Positions 60,847 to 64,000 of a stretch of DNA of 64,000 nucleotides are shown here, piece by piece. Source of the DNA: Eledone cirrhosa (taxonomy: Eukaryota); contig CAXHJY010000701.1 in the NCBI GenBank assembly GCA_964016885.1, positions 1 to 64,000 of the forward strand, written 5' to 3'. The position numbers and the translations under genes are program-made. Position 1 is the first letter of the stretch; each line of letters begins with the position of its first letter. The notes under the pieces were generated by a model that had not been told where the DNA came from, did no database searches, and saw only the letters and a program-made list of their open reading frames with translations.

Positions 60847-60851
<5 letters not shown>
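60365..60851 (+). mobile_element. 185-bp tandem array (about 2.6 units) with minimal HHR-like motif (60513-60547, 60698-60732)
   Basis: Period 185 (60370, 60555, 60740). CCT-CCGAAGA-aGAGATA(t)TATCTC-GAAAATTA^AGG. Embedded in (TA)n. Confidence 0.6.
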
Positions 60852-60899
<48 letters not shown>

Positions 60900-60905
<6 letters not shown>

Positions 60906-61140
60906 TATAAAATTAACAAAGAAGCCTTTAATACATTAAAAATCTTTAATTGCTCATCAGAGCTAATTAATGGGACGAAACATTGTCAGCAAATAAAGAT
61001 TTTTAATGTATTAAAGGCTTCTTTGTTAATTTTATATAATTTTTTCGGCTCTGTTTGATAACATTGAGCTATATCTTATACTGTCATTTCTCTAATACGA
61101 CGAGTGTGTTTAACTCTAATGCACTCAAGTATTTTTATCT
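60900..61140 (+). mobile_element. Fold-back element with a scrambled HHR at its centre
   Basis: Arms at 60900-60954 and 60988-61042. The centre has gctcatcagagc (minus strand GCT-CTGATGA) and gggac-GAAACA(t)TGTC^AGC. Confidence 0.65.
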
Positions 61141-61171
61141 TATATATATATATATATAACCACGTCCTTTT

Positions 61172-61236
<65 letters not shown>

Positions 61237-61239
<3 letters not shown>

Positions 61240-61481
61240 CATTCTTTAAGGGTATGTCAATATTTATTTATAAAACTGCTCTATATTATATTTTATCTGA
61301 TGAAAGCACACCATAATTTAACTTGGTGTCCTTGAAATATGTATAATGAAATAAATATGGTTTTATAAATTTAGTTTCCATTTGTTAATATATCGTATTT
61401 TTACTCCAATTATTTGTTGAGTGCTTTATATCAGTTATAAAAGTATTTGCTTGTTGTATCCCAACAATATAAATAGAAATT

Positions 61482-61487
<6 letters not shown>
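61237..61487 (+). mobile_element. Family F-like end with HHR-like motif; collapsed relative at 19113-19235
   Basis: ttat-CTGATGA-aagcacacca...tggtgtcctt-GAAATATGTA-taatgaaat. Confidence 0.6.
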
Positions 61488-61511
<24 letters not shown>

Positions 61512-61514
<3 letters not shown>

Positions 61515-61805
61515 TTAAAATAACAGATTAAAGTTTAAGCAAAGAATCGCTGCTTTCACCCTTAACGGGATCTTCTGAAACTAAAAAAGTAAATCTGTGA
61601 ATTTTTGAAATATTTACTTCTGCGTTCACAGATTGACTTTTTTAGTTTCAGAAGATCCCGTTAAGGGTGAAAGCAGCGATTCTTTGCTTAAACTTTAATC
61701 TGTTATTTTAATAAATATTTGCTCTACGGTTCTTATATATCTGATATATATTTATCCTTCTCGAGCCGTCTTTGGATTTTAGTCTTAAAATTTATTATTA
61801 TTACT
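61512..61805 (+). mobile_element. Family D fold-back with HHR-like motif (61644-61694) and tail; truncated copy at 63635-63778
   Basis: Arms of about 88 bp. AGTTT-CAGAAGA-tCCC(gttaa)GGGt-GAAAGCA(gcgattctt)TGCTT^AAACT. Confidence 0.7.
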
Positions 61806-62113
61806 ATATATATATATATATATATGGAACTCCTTTAACCATCTTTTGATCTTATATTATATATATATATAAATACGTTCTTTTATTCTTTAAGTTTATC
61901 ATATTATTTGTGGTATATAAACATTGAGATTTGATGAAATAAATAACTACCAATACTGGAATTGAATAATCAAGACCGTAGCGGTATGTCCTATATCAAA
62001 TCATATATTTTGTCTGATGAGACGTACTGAAAAAACAACACAGTACCTCTGAAATATATATAATAAAGTATATATTTTGATTCTGAGAATATGTTTCATT
62101 TGTTAATATTTTG

Positions 62114-62142
<29 letters not shown>

Positions 62143-62144
<2 letters not shown>

Positions 62145-62329
62145 AAGAAAAAAAGATGAAATCGAAAATGCAACTGGAGTCTTATTTAAAAAAAAACAAC
62201 ATATATTTATTTGGTTCCATTAGCGGTTTCGCAGTTCTTCTGCTTTTCATAATTAGAGTTGAGATGGAGGGTCTGTGGTTTTTCTCACATGTGAGAAAAA
62301 CCACAGACCCTCCATCTCAACTCTACTTT

Positions 62330-62330
<1 letters not shown>
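62143..62330. mobile_element. Family E fold-back; further copy at 63398-63588
   Basis: Centre ttttctcacatgtgagaaaa. Confidence 0.75.
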
Positions 62331-62369
<39 letters not shown>

Positions 62370-62750
62370 AATGAAAGTTTGGTAAAATCGAAGTGTGTAT
62401 GTGTGTATGGGTATGTGTGTGTGTGTATAAACAAAAGCATTAACCAGAGACAAAACCAGACATACTAAGCCTAAATCAGTCACTACCAGACAGATTGGTA
62501 GATTAGTAGAATTAGCTCTTAATTCCTCTAATTTATCGCTATACAAATATGATAATTATCAATATCTTAAGCTTGTCACCTTCTCATTCCTGTCTCTCTC
62601 TCTCACCCTCTCTCCCTCGCTCTCACTCTCTATCTCTCTCATGAATTTCATTGTAACTCTCTAATCTACTTCCTTGTATATCCCTCTCATTCTCTCGTTT
62701 TCTCCCTCATACATTTCTTTAAGACAGACACACACACACATACACACACA

Positions 62751-62793
<43 letters not shown>

Positions 62794-63035
62794 TCATCAC
62801 TTCCTCACGTTCTTTGTATGTCGTTCTCTCTCTCTCTCTCTTTTACTCTTTTATATATATATTCCTTTTCGATCGACTTTCGTCAAATTGGACCGAAGAA
62901 ACAATGCTTCCGTTGGTCTTTCCAATTGCTAAAACCCTCTATCGTTCGCAAGTCGAGGTAGAAGGAGCAACGTGAAATAAAGTGTCTTGCTCAAGGACAT
63001 AACACATCGCCCGGTCCAGGAATCGAACCGAAAAC

Positions 63036-63072
<37 letters not shown>

Positions 63073-63583
63073 CATTTATAAAAAAAAAACATTTTGAGCC
63101 ACTTTTTTTAAGTGAAAATGAGAATAAGGAACCCTTAAACGCGAACTGGCGCGAAGGTTGATGTGGTTGTCATCAACGTGACTGTCATCAACCAACCAAA
63201 TTTCACTTATATATGAAAAGACATTTTGAGCCCCTTTTTTTTAAAAGGCACATACAATAAGAACTTCGTTTACGCGAACTGGCGCGAAATTTATCATACT
63301 TATTCACGTGACAATCCTCACCCAACCAAATTAATTTTTTAAAAATTTACCAATTCGAGCCACTTTTTTCCACATACAACAGAAGTAACACCAACCAGAT
63401 GCGAGAAAAACCACAAACCCTCCATCTCAATTCTACTTCCGAAAAGCATAAGAACTGTGAAACCGGTAAAGGAAACAATTAAATATTCTTGAAAAGACTC
63501 CAGTTGCATTTTCGATTCTTTTTATTTATACTTTCAATTGTGTTGCACATCTCGTTTTTTTATTAAAAAAAAACCTTCATTTT

Positions 63584-63636
<53 letters not shown>

Positions 63637-63932
63637 GATCCCGTAAAGGGTGAAAGCAGCGATTCTTTCCTTAAACTTTAATCTGTTATTTAAAATAAAT
63701 ATTTGCTCTACGATTCTTATATATTTGATATATATTTATCCTTATCGAGCGCTCTTTGGATTTTAGTCTTCAAATTTATATATATATATATGAAATACTG
63801 GTAATAAGGTAGTAATACATTACTGCCTACCACTATTTAGGGTGTGTGTAAAATACTTACAACTGCTTAAGGTTTTGTGTTTACATAACCATAAATAGTA
63901 TAACTAATACTATATATATATATATATATATA

Positions 63933-64000
63933 TAGGAACGAGTAGGACCCCGACGGCTGAGCTCAAGCCGTTTCGACGGCTAATTCTGGCTCAGCCGTCG
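63933..64000. mobile_element. Family B fold-back, cut by the window end
   Basis: taggaacgagtaggaccccgacggctgagctcaagccgtttcgacggctaattctgg. Confidence 0.8.

Overview
AT-rich, microsatellite-dense metazoan non-coding DNA. The SINE families and the (TA)n/(TATG)n/(GA)n load suggest a coleoid cephalopod, most likely Octopus (inference from remembered repeat consensi). No host protein-coding gene can be supported: almost all listed ORFs are translations of microsatellites, and the only real protein signatures are 3'-terminal fragments of non-LTR retrotransposons (RTE-like, R4/Dong-like, CRE-like). The main hidden signal is a dense set of type I hammerhead ribozyme (HHR) motifs, read by eye: (i) a 6 x 311-bp near-identical tandem array with one HHR per unit (retrozyme-like, 9795-11642); (ii) a 185-bp tandem array with an HHR-like motif (60365-60851); (iii) at least six families of short fold-back elements in (TA)n tracts whose arms are HHR-bearing, Penelope-like pLTR ends, several with atypical cores (U3-A8, U4A). 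There is also a nested inverted duplication of about 2.1 kb, several minisatellites, and a possible promoter or first exon near 2.5 kb. Coordinates were counted by hand and may be off by a few bases.
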